Positions 10,287 to 20,504 of a stretch of DNA of 60,525 nt are shown one piece after another. Source of the stretch: Pirellulaceae bacterium (GTDB lineage Bacteria > Planctomycetota > Planctomycetia > Pirellulales > Pirellulaceae); assembly GCA_041752355.1 (NCBI GenBank), contig JBGSHH010000085.1, positions 1 through 60,525 on the forward strand, given 5' to 3'. The position numbers and the translations under genes were made by a program. Position 1 is the stretch's first letter. Every line of letters begins with the position of its first letter. Under the pieces are notes generated by a model. It ran no database searches, was not told where the DNA came from, and worked only from the letters and a program-made list of their open reading frames with translations.

Positions 10287-11120
10287 TTGCTGAATCCCAC
10301 CCTTCTGTCCGCGAGCGAACCTTTGGAAATCATTGATCCCAACTATCCGCGTGGTCCCTTTAAGGCGGCCATTTTTGACTTTGATGGCACGTTGTCACTG
10401 TTGCGCCGAAACTGGCAAGATGTGATGATTCCCATGATGGTCGAGGTTCTGGTCGAAACCGGCACAACCGAGTCACGGGCAGAGTTAGCAACGCATGTCG
10501 AAGAATTCGTGATGCGGCTCAATGGTAAGCAGACGATTTTCCAGATGATGCGACTAGCGGAAGAGGTCGCCGTTAGAGGCGGTTCGCCGCTGGAACCACT
10601 GGCGTATAAGCACCGCTATCACGATCTGCTCTGGCAACAAGTCGGCGAGCGCGTGGAGAGCGTCCGCAGCGGTCGCGTCCCTGCGGAAAATCTCACGGTC
10701 CCCGGTGCCGAAGCGCTATTGCGAGCTTTGCAACAGCGAGGCCTGACACTCTATCTCGCGAGTGGCACTGACCTGAAATATGTGCGGGACGAACTGCAGG
10801 TGCTCGGTCTGGCGCAGTACTTCGGCGAGCACGTTTACGCAGCGCTGGACGACTACAAGCAGTTCAGCAAGGCGATGGTCGTGGAACGGATCATTCGGGA
10901 TACGGGGGTCGCGGGGCAGGAATTGCTGGGGGTCGGCGATGGCTATGTCGAAATTGAAGAAGTGAAAAGGGTTGGCGGTTTCGCCTTGGGAGTCGCTAGC
11001 AACGAAGAGACCTGCGAGGGAATTAACGCCTGGAAACGAAACCGTCTGGTGCAGGCAGGCGCGGATGCGATCGTCGGGGACTATCGGGATTTGGAGACGT
11101 TGCTCGGGCTTTGGGGATGA
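10287..11120 (+). CDS. HAD-superfamily hydrolase
   Basis: 277 aa with HAD motif I (AIFDFDGTL) near the N-terminus and motif IV-like GVGDGYVE. The only in-frame start upstream of motif I is TTG at 10287. Confidence 0.65.
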   Translation: MLNPTLLSASEPLEIIDPNYPRGPFKAAIFDFDGTLSLLRRNWQDVMIPMMVEVLVETGTTESRAELATHVEEFVMRLNGKQTIFQMMRLAEEVAVRGGSPLEPLAYKHRYHDLLWQQVGERVESVRSGRVPAENLTVPGAEALLRALQQRGLTLYLASGTDLKYVRDELQVLGLAQYFGEHVYAALDDYKQFSKAMVVERIIRDTGVAGQELLGVGDGYVEIEEVKRVGGFALGVASNEETCEGINAWKRNRLVQAGADAIVGDYRDLETLLGLWG

Positions 11121-11422
11121 CCTCGCGCTGAGAATTACTTTATCAATAACTGAAAAATAAATGATGACTTAATATTGTACGGACGGTAGAATCTGAGCGT
11201 AACGATGCCGGCGGCCAGAAACCCCTATAATGAGGGTAGTCGACTGCAGCCATAATCGCGTCCAAAAAAGCCGTTTTTACAAGTCGGTGCGGAGTCGTTG
11301 TCCCAGTTTCACGTCGCGGTAACTACTGACAGGCAAACAGTTAAGGAAAATGCGGAACAAGAATCGCAATCTCCCGACGCACTTGTGCGCTTCGTCCGGA
11401 AACCAATTCTCCCAGGCCAGAC

Positions 11423-12430
11423 ATGCTCCCCCAGTTCGACCGGAACCGACTGATCATCAAGCCATTGCGTGAGCGCAAGCACGATATCACCATCGACAAA
11501 CAATTGCCGCTGGATGCCGTGCCTGCGGCGCTCGATCCGGAATCGATGCGGGTGTTGGAAATACTCGGCGAGCGGTTGGTCGCAGCGCGGGAGCGCGGGG
11601 CGGCGATTCTGACACTTATGGGTGCGCATGTGATTCGCGCCGGCGTGGCCAGGCAGTTGATCGATTTGATGGAGCGGAAACTGCTCACACATATCGGCAT
11701 GAATGGTGCGGGTCCGATTCACGACTATGAGTTCGCCGCCATCGGCGCGACCTGCGAGAGCGTCGCCAGGTATATTCGTTCCGGCGAGTTCGGACTGTGG
11801 CGCGAAACGGGTGAGATGAACGATGTGGTGCGCGAGGGCGTGGAGCACGATCAGGGCTTGGGTGAAGCCCTCGGCCTAGCGATCAATCGAGGCTATTTCC
11901 CGCATAAGGATCTGAGTGTGTTGGCCGCGGGTTCGCGGTTGGGAGTGCCTGTAACGGCGCATATCGGCATCGGTTACGACATCATTCATGAGCATCCGAA
12001 TTTCGATCCCGCCTCGTTCGGCGTCGCCAGCTATCGGGATTTCCTCACGGTCTGTCACACGGTGAACAAACTCGAGGGGGGCGTGTTCTTGTGTTTGGGG
12101 TCGGCGGTGATGGGGCCGGAAGTGTATCTCAAGGCGTTGTCGATGGCCCGTAACGTGGCCCATCAGGAAGGGCGGCAGATCGCGAACTTTACCACTGCCG
12201 CTTTCGATTTGATTCCCATCAGTGGTAATTTTCATGCGGAAGCACCGAAGGACAATCCGCAGTACTATTATCGCCCTTGGAAGACGATTTTGGTGCGGAC
12301 GGTGGCCGATGGCGGCGAAAGTTTTTATGTTTGCGGCGATCATCGCCAAACCGTGCCGCTGCTTCGCTGGGCAGCGTTGAAGGCGGAGGAGAAGTTGCGG
12401 GAAGCGGGTGGGGAGAAAGCGGCGGTGTGA
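11423..12430 (+). CDS. Conserved hypothetical protein, tentatively deoxyhypusine-synthase-like fold
   Basis: 335 aa. The pattern ILTLMGAHVIRAGV...LLTHIGMNGAGPIHDYEF and a later GVPVTAHIGIGYDIIHEH resemble what I recall of DHS-family proteins. This is recollection only, not verified. Confidence 0.35.
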   Translation: MLPQFDRNRLIIKPLRERKHDITIDKQLPLDAVPAALDPESMRVLEILGERLVAARERGAAILTLMGAHVIRAGVARQLIDLMERKLLTHIGMNGAGPIHDYEFAAIGATCESVARYIRSGEFGLWRETGEMNDVVREGVEHDQGLGEALGLAINRGYFPHKDLSVLAAGSRLGVPVTAHIGIGYDIIHEHPNFDPASFGVASYRDFLTVCHTVNKLEGGVFLCLGSAVMGPEVYLKALSMARNVAHQEGRQIANFTTAAFDLIPISGNFHAEAPKDNPQYYYRPWKTILVRTVADGGESFYVCGDHRQTVPLLRWAALKAEEKLREAGGEKAAV

Positions 12431-12512
12431 GAAAGTTAGGTTCGATTGCTCTCGTCCATCAATTGTAGAACGGATTTGTGATACATCCTCCCCTGCGGAG
12501 GAAGAAGGCAGC

Positions 12513-13559
12513 ATGATTAGCTTGGCTCGCACGTCGGCGTTTCTCAAATCGTTCCCGCGACTTACGATCGGGCTGGTGGGAGATCTATTTCTCGATCGCT
12601 ATTTGCACCTGTCGCCCGGCGTCGAAGAGCTATCCATCGAGACGGGCTTGGAAGCGTATCAAATCGATCGCGTCCGCAACTCGCCAGGGGCGCTCGGCAC
12701 GGTGATGAACAATCTGGCGGCGCTGGGTGTGGGCTTGCTCGTGCCGGTGAGTGTGGTGGGTGATGACGGGCATGGTTACGATCTGTTGAAAGAAGTTCGT
12801 CGCTTGCCCTGCGATCCTTCGCACCTGTTGTGCTGGAGCCAACGCCTGACGCCGACGTATACCAAGCCGCTGCGACAAGTCGCGAGTGGTGCTTGGCATG
12901 AACTCAATCGACTCGATGTGCGCACTCGTGCGCCGCTGGCCGCCAACGCCTCAGCCGCCGTCTGCGAGCATTTGCGACAAGTGTTTCACTCCTCCGATGG
13001 CATGATCGTGCTCGACCAGATCAATGAAACTGACTGGGGAGTGATCAACGGAGAAGTCCGCGCGACACTAGCCGAACTGGCCGATGAGCGTCCCGACAAA
13101 TTGATCTATGTTGATAGTCGCGCGCACCTACAACAATTCCAAAAAGCAACCCTCAAGGGGAATTGCGGAGAACTATTGGCGGCCGGGAAGGCGCTCGGAT
13201 GGGATACGAGTGATGTGAAGCGAATTGCAAAGCAACTCGCTGATCGGCAAAACCGCCCGGTTTTCGCCACGCAAGGGGAAGCAGGCATCTTGGTGGCGGA
13301 ACGCGATGGCGATACCCATCTAGTGCCAGGTTTAAACGTCCCCGGACCGTTCGATATTGTCGGAGCGGGCGACAGCGCTACCAGTGGCATCGTGGCGGCG
13401 AAACTGGCTGGGGCTACCGACGTGGAAGCGGCCGCCTTTGGGAATCTGGTCGCATCGATCACCGTGCAACAACTCGGTACAACCGGCACCGCCTCGCCGG
13501 ATCAAGTGCTGACTCGCTGGCAAATTGCCGCCCAGCAATGGCCCAAGTGTGCGATTTAG
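12513..13559 (+). CDS. PfkB-family carbohydrate kinase (RfaE domain-I / ribokinase-like)
   Basis: Start trimmed to ATG 12513 (MISLARTS..., preceded by ggaggaagaagg). GLVGDLFLDRY N-terminus and PfkB signature DIVGAGDSATSG near the C-terminus. Confidence 0.7.
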   Translation: MISLARTSAFLKSFPRLTIGLVGDLFLDRYLHLSPGVEELSIETGLEAYQIDRVRNSPGALGTVMNNLAALGVGLLVPVSVVGDDGHGYDLLKEVRRLPCDPSHLLCWSQRLTPTYTKPLRQVASGAWHELNRLDVRTRAPLAANASAAVCEHLRQVFHSSDGMIVLDQINETDWGVINGEVRATLAELADERPDKLIYVDSRAHLQQFQKATLKGNCGELLAAGKALGWDTSDVKRIAKQLADRQNRPVFATQGEAGILVAERDGDTHLVPGLNVPGPFDIVGAGDSATSGIVAAKLAGATDVEAAAFGNLVASITVQQLGTTGTASPDQVLTRWQIAAQQWPKCAI

Positions 13560-14115
13560 CACGTGGGCACACTGCCTTCCGATGCGCTCGCGCGCATTAG
13601 CGGATATCCGCACAGGGCTGTAGCCCATTCGTACGTCCCATTTACGGTGACAAATGTTATTTTTTGTTTTGGCACGGCCTTTGCAATTTATAGCTAGACA
13701 CGTCGCGCGGCACTCAGCTCATGCTGGGGCAGAATGAGCGTAGGCCGCGCAACGAATAGGCTCGATGCCAAAACTGATGGAGCGGATCAGGCAAGTTGCA
13801 AGGATGGGCGGCGATGGAGGGGAGTGAACCCAAGCGGGTACGCTCGCCCTGGGGCAGGCATGGCCGCAGGCGCTTGGTCACAACTTGGGGAGAAGCTTGA
13901 GGTTTCTCCCACGCCGCGCATTTACGGTTAGGATACGTCGATACGCGACGGTTCAAGTTGGCACATCAGCGGTGTCGGAAGGCAACTTCCGGCACCGGCA
14001 TCGAGCTTGCTATGGCTATAATCCCGCAGGAATTCTCTGGCAATCGATGATTGGCGTGCGATAATATCAGGCGCTGGTCCTCCTCTTCTCTGGCCTTCGT
14101 TTCACGAGGCATGTC

Positions 14116-14973
14116 ATGCGAGCGCGCAACGGGAAATTTTCGTATTGGCTTTTGTGTATCTTGTTGATGTTAGGTTTGGCTTCCAGTTTGCAAGCGGCAA
14201 CCATCATCACCACACCCTCCACCGTGACGTTTGATTTCAACCAACTGTCGACGAATGCCAGCAATGGTACCGTACAGAACTACATACAAACGCAGTTGCC
14301 AGGGACCATTGTGACAGGTGCAGGTGGTGGCCAAAACTACGATGGTGAAGGCTATGTGGTGGGACCCGTCGTCAATGGCCGCGTGCAGCCTTACACACTC
14401 GGAACAACGGACGCAGGTCTGTGGCATGGATTGTCCGGCGATAACTTCATCGTCAATCAAGGGAGCGATCGCATCACGATGACCTTCGGGCAATTGATCT
14501 ATTCCGCGGCTTTCGATTTTGAAATCTTTCCCAATGGCTCGGTGCCGGATGGGCGCAATCGCCCGGCAAGCAGCTATCCCGATTTCACGCTGAACGCATA
14601 CAATGGCGACCAACTCGTAACATCTTGGCGCGTCTTTGGTGACTTGCCTGGCACCAACGGCTTACCAGCCAACTCGCCCAATTCGTTGCGCGCAGGCCAC
14701 GCGGAATATGCGCCACAATTGCTTTCCAGCAATGCATTTGCTTTCGCCAACGGCGTCACGCGTTTGGAGTTCGTCGATTGGCCAGAGCGGATCGGTATCG
14801 ATAATTTGACACTCGGCATTCAAGGCGCTCAACCGCAAAGCGATCCACCTCAGGTACTTCATACGCCGGAGCCCACGAGTTTCGTGCTCATGGCCGGTGC
14901 ACTCGGTTCGTTGCTGATGTTTTCTTGGTGGCGTCGTCGGCAGAGATTGGATGTTGGACCGGCAGGGTTGTAA
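14116..14973 (+). CDS. PEP-CTERM sorting-domain secreted protein
   Basis: 285 aa with an N-terminal signal peptide (LLCILLMLGLASSLQA). The C-terminus is P-E-P then a hydrophobic helix then a basic cluster (TPEPTSFVLMAGALGSLLMFSWWRRRQR), the classical PEP-CTERM/exosortase signal. Confidence 0.75.
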   Translation: MRARNGKFSYWLLCILLMLGLASSLQAATIITTPSTVTFDFNQLSTNASNGTVQNYIQTQLPGTIVTGAGGGQNYDGEGYVVGPVVNGRVQPYTLGTTDAGLWHGLSGDNFIVNQGSDRITMTFGQLIYSAAFDFEIFPNGSVPDGRNRPASSYPDFTLNAYNGDQLVTSWRVFGDLPGTNGLPANSPNSLRAGHAEYAPQLLSSNAFAFANGVTRLEFVDWPERIGIDNLTLGIQGAQPQSDPPQVLHTPEPTSFVLMAGALGSLLMFSWWRRRQRLDVGPAGL

Positions 14974-15117
14974 TCCGCAGTCCCGATATTTGGGACGCCG
15001 CAAATTGACCAAGGCCAAGGCGTGTGATAAGTTGCGGGGAACTTCTCCGCAGGTGACAAGCGAATCAGCTTGCCACCCACAAACCTCACCATCAGTCTTC
15101 TCCAACAAGGCTAACTC

Positions 15118-15756
15118 ATGTCGCTACGTCTTCGCTTTATCGCGTTAAGTTCGGCTTCGCTGTTGTCGTTTGCGATTGTCGTCGGGTGCAGCAACGCACC
15201 ATCTCGAGTGTCGGCACCCTCCATCAGCGCCGGCAGCGCAAGTGCCGCGGCGATCACCAAGTACGACAAAAATGCGGATGGTACGCTCGACGACACGGAA
15301 CTGAAGGCGTGCCCCGGCATCCTGCGCGCCAAGTCGCGATTCGATAAGGATGGTGATGGCAAAATCAGCGCAGATGATATCTCGAAACGCATTGGCGAAT
15401 GGCAAGCAAGTAAGATCGGCCTCACGGCCTACTCGCTTCAGTTCACTCTGGATGGGCAACCGCTCAATGGCGCAACGGTTACGTTCGTGCCCGAAGATTG
15501 GCTCGGCGCCGCAGTCCAAAAAGGTACGGGCACCACCGATGCCACGGGCCGCGTGAATGTCGCGATTGCGCCAACCGATCTGCAATCGAACGAAACGGGA
15601 CTCAGCGGCATGCGGCTGGGTGTCTACAAGATCGAAGTCACACATCCAATGATGCAAATTCCCGCCAAATTCAACACGGCCACCGAGATTGGTGTCGAGA
15701 TCGCCCACGACGACCCCAACATCGGTCGTGATACGATGCCGCTTACGAGCCGCTAA
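15118..15756 (+). CDS. Lipoprotein with two EF-hand Ca-binding loops
   Basis: 212 aa with a lipobox (FAIVVGC). Two DxDxDG loops (DKNADGTLDDTE, DKDGDGKISADD). The C-terminal half looks like a beta-sandwich (carboxypeptidase-regulatory-like). Confidence 0.65.
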   Translation: MSLRLRFIALSSASLLSFAIVVGCSNAPSRVSAPSISAGSASAAAITKYDKNADGTLDDTELKACPGILRAKSRFDKDGDGKISADDISKRIGEWQASKIGLTAYSLQFTLDGQPLNGATVTFVPEDWLGAAVQKGTGTTDATGRVNVAIAPTDLQSNETGLSGMRLGVYKIEVTHPMMQIPAKFNTATEIGVEIAHDDPNIGRDTMPLTSR

Positions 15757-16246
15757 GGCGCGAAGATTTCCTAGCCATGCTCCGAGTCAAAGCGGCGTCA
15801 AACGCTCCGTCTCTTCGTGTGACAGCGGAGGGATCGGAGCATTGCGATCGTCCATCGCGGTGCCAACAACCGCTCGAAGCAGGTCTCAATACCTGAAGGC
15901 ATAGCGAGGATAAGCATTCGGGTCGGTTCCGCCTTCGCGATAGCGGATGGGGGTCGGCGGTCCACTGCCCGGTGAAACCAAGCCAAAGCTTCAATCGCGG
16001 AATACCCCCGGCCTTTTTCCTAGCCGCTAACCAACAGCGTGCAGCGATCGCCACCGAGATAGACAGCGGGGGATTCTTGGCATAGTTCGCCATTGAGTCG
16101 GGGCACGTAGCACGACGGGAGCCTACGGAAGTGATCGCGTTTGGTTGGCATGGGACACCTAGTCTCGTTAAGATAACAATCAGCCCGTTGCTTCTCCTGC
16201 AAGTTCACGCACCGATCATCCCACCATTTCTTTTCACCAATTGGGT

Positions 16247-16954
16247 ATGACTATGAATCGCTATTTCCCACTCATTCTCGCCCTGCTGGGAATCGCTCCC
16301 ATGTTGCACGCCGCCGACAAAGAGACGGATTGGTCCGCATCCGTGAAGTTCCCCGAACAAGAAAAACCAGTCGCCCTATTCAATGGTAAGAACGCCGAAG
16401 GCTGGGAAGGCCATACCGACAAATACTTCCAAGTCAAAGATGGCACCATCATCGCCAAGAACAACAAAGAGAACGCGCCTAAGGTCAGCACCTATTTGCT
16501 TACCACGAAGAGCTATAAAAACTTCCGCCTGGTGTTCGAAGGCAAACTGGTCGAATCAGGCATGCACTCGGGTATTGCGATGTGGGGCAAGAAACACGAA
16601 GTCAACGATGAGAAGTTTTCCTATCAAGGGCATCTGGTGATGTTCCCGACGCACTGGGGATTCTGGGATCTTTACCGCCGCAACAGCATCTATCAAGACG
16701 ATGGCCGCGCCAAGAAAGCAGACAATGTCGGTGGCTGGAACAAGATGGAGATCCTCGCCATCGCGCCGCGCATTCGCCTGGCGGTCAACGGGCAATTGGT
16801 CGCGGACTGGACCGATCCCAAGCCAGAACTATGTGGCGAAGGGCCGCTTGGGTTGCAATTGCATTCCAACAGCGTGCCACAAGAAGTGCAGTTTCGCGGG
16901 CTAATTCTCAGCGAGAATCCCCGGGATGAAATGATTACCGTGAAGAAGGAATAG
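16247..16954 (+). CDS. DUF1080 (3-keto-disaccharide hydrolase-like) domain secreted protein
   Basis: Signal peptide (MNRYFPLILALLGIAPMLHAAD), then LFNGKN..GW and a terminal VQFRGL motif. Paralogous to 26788..27426. First ATG used; ATG 16253 is equally possible. Confidence 0.7.
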   Translation: MTMNRYFPLILALLGIAPMLHAADKETDWSASVKFPEQEKPVALFNGKNAEGWEGHTDKYFQVKDGTIIAKNNKENAPKVSTYLLTTKSYKNFRLVFEGKLVESGMHSGIAMWGKKHEVNDEKFSYQGHLVMFPTHWGFWDLYRRNSIYQDDGRAKKADNVGGWNKMEILAIAPRIRLAVNGQLVADWTDPKPELCGEGPLGLQLHSNSVPQEVQFRGLILSENPRDEMITVKKE

Positions 16955-16979
16955 CAAACGCCATCGGGAGTTATGCATC

Positions 16980-18443
16980 ATGTGTCGATTGGTTTTCTCG
17001 GTCGTCTTGTTCTGCTGCGCGGCGGCGGAGATTGCGGTTGGTGCACAAGAGTTTCGCGCCGGTGCGTTCGCGATTGACGTGACGCCGCTGGAGTTGCCAG
17101 TAATCGTCAATGGCGGCATGACGGAGCGCTCGCTGGACAAGATCGAGGATCGATTGCACGCCCGTTGTTTGGTGCTAGACGATGGCACACAGCAGATCGC
17201 GATCGTGATCGTCGATAATTGCATGATGCCGCGCGAACTGCTCGACGAGGCGAAGCGCCTGGCGCACGAAGCGACAAAGATACCAACCGAGAACATGCTC
17301 ATCGCCGCGACGCACTGCCACAGCGCGCCTTCGGTATTTGGCTGCTTGGGAAGCGATGCCGACGAGAAGTACAGTCGCTTTCTGCCCGTACAGATCGCCA
17401 AGGGGATACAGCAAGCGCATGCGAACCTGGTGCCGGCGCGGATTGGGTGGGCGGTCGGAAGAGACGACAAAAATGTGGCGAGTCGCCGTTGGTTGATGAA
17501 GCCGGGTGTTGCAGGAACGAACGACTACGGCGGCAAAGCGAACGACCGCGTCATGATGCATCCCGGTCCCGCCAATGCCAATGCGATTTCGGCGACTGGC
17601 ATTATCGATGCCGATGTACCAGTCCTGTCCGTGCAAACCAAGCAAGGGGAACCACTGGCAGTACTGACCAATTACAGCATGCACTACGTCGGAGCGCCGA
17701 ACTTGTCCGCCGACTATTTCGCCGTGGTCTGCGAGAAGTTCACTGATCTCATCAAGCCAAAGGAACTGCCGCAACCCTTTGTCGCTATGCACAGCAATGG
17801 CACCAGCGGCGATCAATGGCTGATGGACTACACTAAGCCGCGCAGGATGTTTGATCGCTTTAGCGTCGGCGCGGACGTGGCGACCGCCGCACATGAAGCC
17901 TATCGACGCATCTTTTATTACGACTGGGTGCCGCTGGTGATGGCGGAGAAAACGCTGAAGCTAAATGTTCGCCTGGCAAACGACGACGAACTGGCCAAGG
18001 CGAAAGAGCTATGCGCGACATTTGCTGATCGCAAACCCCAGACGGTGCCGGAAGTTTACGCCCGAGAAGCAGTGCTGCTCTCGCAACTTCCGCCAACTCG
18101 GGAACTCAAACTGCAGGCGCTGCGGATTGGCGAACTCGGCATTGCCGCGATTCCCAATGAAGTGTTCAGCAGTACGGGACTGATGATCAAGATCGAAAGC
18201 CCCTTGCCTACGCAGTTCACCATTGAACTGGCCAATGGCTGCTTCGGCTACATTCCTCCTCCCAAGCAACACAAACTCGGTGGTTATGAAACGTGGCGAG
18301 CACGCTCCAGTTGTTTGGAAGAACAGGCCGAACCGAAGATTCGCGCCGTGGTCATGGAGTTGCTCAACAAGGTGAACGAGACGCGCGCCGATGAACGACC
18401 GGTGCTGGCGGCAACGAGCGACGAAAAGCCTACCGCGCCCTGA
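16980..18443 (+). CDS. Neutral/alkaline ceramidase N-terminal-domain-like secreted hydrolase
   Basis: 487 aa with a signal peptide. The N-terminal pattern AGAFAIDVTPLELPV..G......DRLHARCLVLDDG.QQIAIVIVDNC matches my recollection of the ceramidase N-domain. Confidence 0.5.
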   Translation: MCRLVFSVVLFCCAAAEIAVGAQEFRAGAFAIDVTPLELPVIVNGGMTERSLDKIEDRLHARCLVLDDGTQQIAIVIVDNCMMPRELLDEAKRLAHEATKIPTENMLIAATHCHSAPSVFGCLGSDADEKYSRFLPVQIAKGIQQAHANLVPARIGWAVGRDDKNVASRRWLMKPGVAGTNDYGGKANDRVMMHPGPANANAISATGIIDADVPVLSVQTKQGEPLAVLTNYSMHYVGAPNLSADYFAVVCEKFTDLIKPKELPQPFVAMHSNGTSGDQWLMDYTKPRRMFDRFSVGADVATAAHEAYRRIFYYDWVPLVMAEKTLKLNVRLANDDELAKAKELCATFADRKPQTVPEVYAREAVLLSQLPPTRELKLQALRIGELGIAAIPNEVFSSTGLMIKIESPLPTQFTIELANGCFGYIPPPKQHKLGGYETWRARSSCLEEQAEPKIRAVVMELLNKVNETRADERPVLAATSDEKPTAP

Positions 18444-18469
18444 TCGCCGGTCGTTAAATGGTTTGATGT

Positions 18470-19288
18470 ATGAAATCTTCTCTGCCTGCGCGGATTCATC
18501 TCTTACCGGCGATGGAAGCGCCGGTAGTGGTCGTTATTCGGCGAAAGCCATCGAAGTGTTTTCATATTGTGCGCTGGAACACCAAGACCGACGTCCTGGA
18601 GTATGGCTCGTGGTTTCATGGCAAGCTCTATTCGCAACGTTGCGACGTGTCGTTTGATGGCCGGTGGATGGTCTACCTTGCGATGGGTGCCCACGGCAGC
18701 ACATGGAATGGTGTGTGCCAATTGCCATTCCTAAAAACCAGCCTCACTGGCGGCAACCTTGGCAGTTGGAACGGTGGAGGAATCTGGTCCGATCGACGTA
18801 CCTTGCTGCTCAATCAGTGGTTATCTGCTGATGGTAGGGTGCCGTTCAGGTTGGGAACGCTCACACCGGAGTATGGTGGCGAGGATTTAAGCGTGCTGTA
18901 TGCGCGACTAGCGCGGGATGGTTTCGCGCGTGTGAGCGAGAACTGGGGAACGGAGCACGTCGAAAAGAAAGCCAACAAGCATCGCGTCGTACAGGTCGGT
19001 GACGATGGCTGGCGAAAGCGACCCAGCCGCCAGCATCCGTGGCTCACGATACGCTACGTTGGGTATTTGAAGCATGGCTATTCGCATACGTTTGAATTGG
19101 AAGGCTATCCGGATTTGCTCAATGCCGCGAGCTGGGCTTGTTGGGATAGCCTGGGGCAACTTGTCTTCGCGCAGCAAGGAAGCATCGCACGCTATACCTT
19201 GGCTGACATCGCGCGTCGCCAGGCCAGTTTCTACTTGGATTTGGAATCGCTTCAACGGCCGTACCTTGCAGAGGACCACCAAACATGA
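18470..19288 (+). CDS. Hypothetical protein
   Basis: 272-aa ORF, 26 nt after the previous gene on the same strand. No signal peptide and no recognisable motif. Confidence 0.45.
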   Translation: MKSSLPARIHLLPAMEAPVVVVIRRKPSKCFHIVRWNTKTDVLEYGSWFHGKLYSQRCDVSFDGRWMVYLAMGAHGSTWNGVCQLPFLKTSLTGGNLGSWNGGGIWSDRRTLLLNQWLSADGRVPFRLGTLTPEYGGEDLSVLYARLARDGFARVSENWGTEHVEKKANKHRVVQVGDDGWRKRPSRQHPWLTIRYVGYLKHGYSHTFELEGYPDLLNAASWACWDSLGQLVFAQQGSIARYTLADIARRQASFYLDLESLQRPYLAEDHQT

Positions 19289-19444
19289 CCGAATCCTCAC
19301 ACCGACTCGAAGCGTGAGCGCGTCAGCGAGGTCTACGGTAGCGCGCATTGTCAAGAAAACCACTCCCCGGTTGTTGCGTCGCCAGGGATTTTGCGGTTTC
19401 CCCTTTGCCAACGTACTACGCGTTCCAGCAGAGGGAGTTTGCTC

Positions 19445-20257
19445 ATGGCTACGCAAAGCCAATTGCGTCAAGCGTTCGACGCTCTACATCGCGAGGGAAC
19501 GATTCTCGCGGGCGGACTGGGGGAACTGTCGCAACGCGCGACCGTGTATCGTCAAATCTTTCGCGACTCGGGGCGCAACCACATCTTTCCGCTGATCGCT
19601 GCGCATGGAGCGCTGTGGGCGCGCGGTTACTTCCAATTTGGATTCAAAATTGCGGCCGCGTTAGTCTGGCAGTATTTCGCGTCGCCAGCCAAACGCCGAC
19701 AACAGTTCGCCGCGCTAGCAACGTTTGCGGATGCTTTTCGTGACATCAATCGTCGTGTCTGCATCGATACGTACACCAACTTTCATTTCACCGCGCGGCA
19801 TGGAGCAGAGGACGGCGCGGTAGCTTTTGTATCGGGCGACCTGCTCGCTGCGCTCCGTGAACTTCATGCCACCCGGCATAGCGGCGGCGCGCTCGATCCG
19901 CATCAACAGCAAACGCTGTTCTCGGCGCATTTCCTCAACGAACAACAGCATGTCGTCGGGCCGTGTATCGCGGCGGCCGTGGCAGCTTTCGATTGGCCAC
20001 TGTTGAAATGGATCGCGCTGCGTCCGATCATCCATTTCGCGTTCTTTCCCTACCACACGCAGCTATGGTTTCAGGACTTTTCCGATCGCGAGCAACGAAT
20101 AGTCAACGGCTTGAAGGCGTTTCAGATCGGCCAACAGGTGGGCTGGGACGAGGTGGAGGACGCTCTGCGCAACTATCGCCTGCTGCCGACCCGCTTCTTC
20201 ACCCAGCCAGAGATGAACTTCGCCGAAATGCGTCGTGGACTCCTAGCCGGTGCTTAG
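19445..20257 (+). CDS. Hypothetical protein
   Basis: Start trimmed to ATG 19445 (MATQSQLRQAF, preceded by gagggag). 270 aa with no recognisable motif. Co-directional with btaA downstream. Confidence 0.45.
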   Translation: MATQSQLRQAFDALHREGTILAGGLGELSQRATVYRQIFRDSGRNHIFPLIAAHGALWARGYFQFGFKIAAALVWQYFASPAKRRQQFAALATFADAFRDINRRVCIDTYTNFHFTARHGAEDGAVAFVSGDLLAALRELHATRHSGGALDPHQQQTLFSAHFLNEQQHVVGPCIAAAVAAFDWPLLKWIALRPIIHFAFFPYHTQLWFQDFSDREQRIVNGLKAFQIGQQVGWDEVEDALRNYRLLPTRFFTQPEMNFAEMRRGLLAGA

Positions 20258-20504
20258 GCCGCCCCGCGGAATCGCCCGGCGAGGCGAGAATTGGTCAAAT
20301 CCGCTCAGGGGTAACTTCCCTTCGGTTTGTCCCCACCAGGAAACCACTCGTGGGGGCAGGATTGCCCCTCGCAAGTCGCCCGGTCGCCTGTACAATGATC
20401 GGTTTATCTCACGCCTTTTGGGACGCTTGGCGGCAGGGCGTGTCGGCAGATCGGTCGAGCGTAAAAACGCTTCGTCCGGCGATATCATTACGAGAACTCA
20501 TCGC

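Noticed and set aside
12431-12460. tRNA-like T-loop string ggttcgattgc
   Set aside because: No acceptor, D or anticodon stems can be drawn around it. I found no convincing tRNA, rRNA, tmRNA or RNase P signature anywhere in the window.
12408-12512. N-terminal extensions proposed by the ORF track, here and at 20250-20504, 21709-21807, 41302-41433, 42840-43049, 33963-34046 and 25907-26089
   Set aside because: In each case the extension is Arg/Cys/Pro-rich or overlaps the neighbouring gene. An internal ATG gives an N-terminus matching the family (kinase, BtaA, BtaB, ABC-F, Map, ADH, or a signal peptide).
11309-12547. Minus-strand ORFs of 179 and 223 aa
   Set aside because: Antisense to the 335-aa plus-strand gene, which has coherent globular-protein composition. 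The minus-strand products are Arg/His-rich.
13560-14115. 556-nt spacer upstream of the PEP-CTERM gene, examined for a riboswitch or ncRNA
   Set aside because: I could not recognise any known riboswitch core (e.g. the B12 box) or a strong conserved-looking helix by eye. It is left unannotated and would need an Infernal scan.
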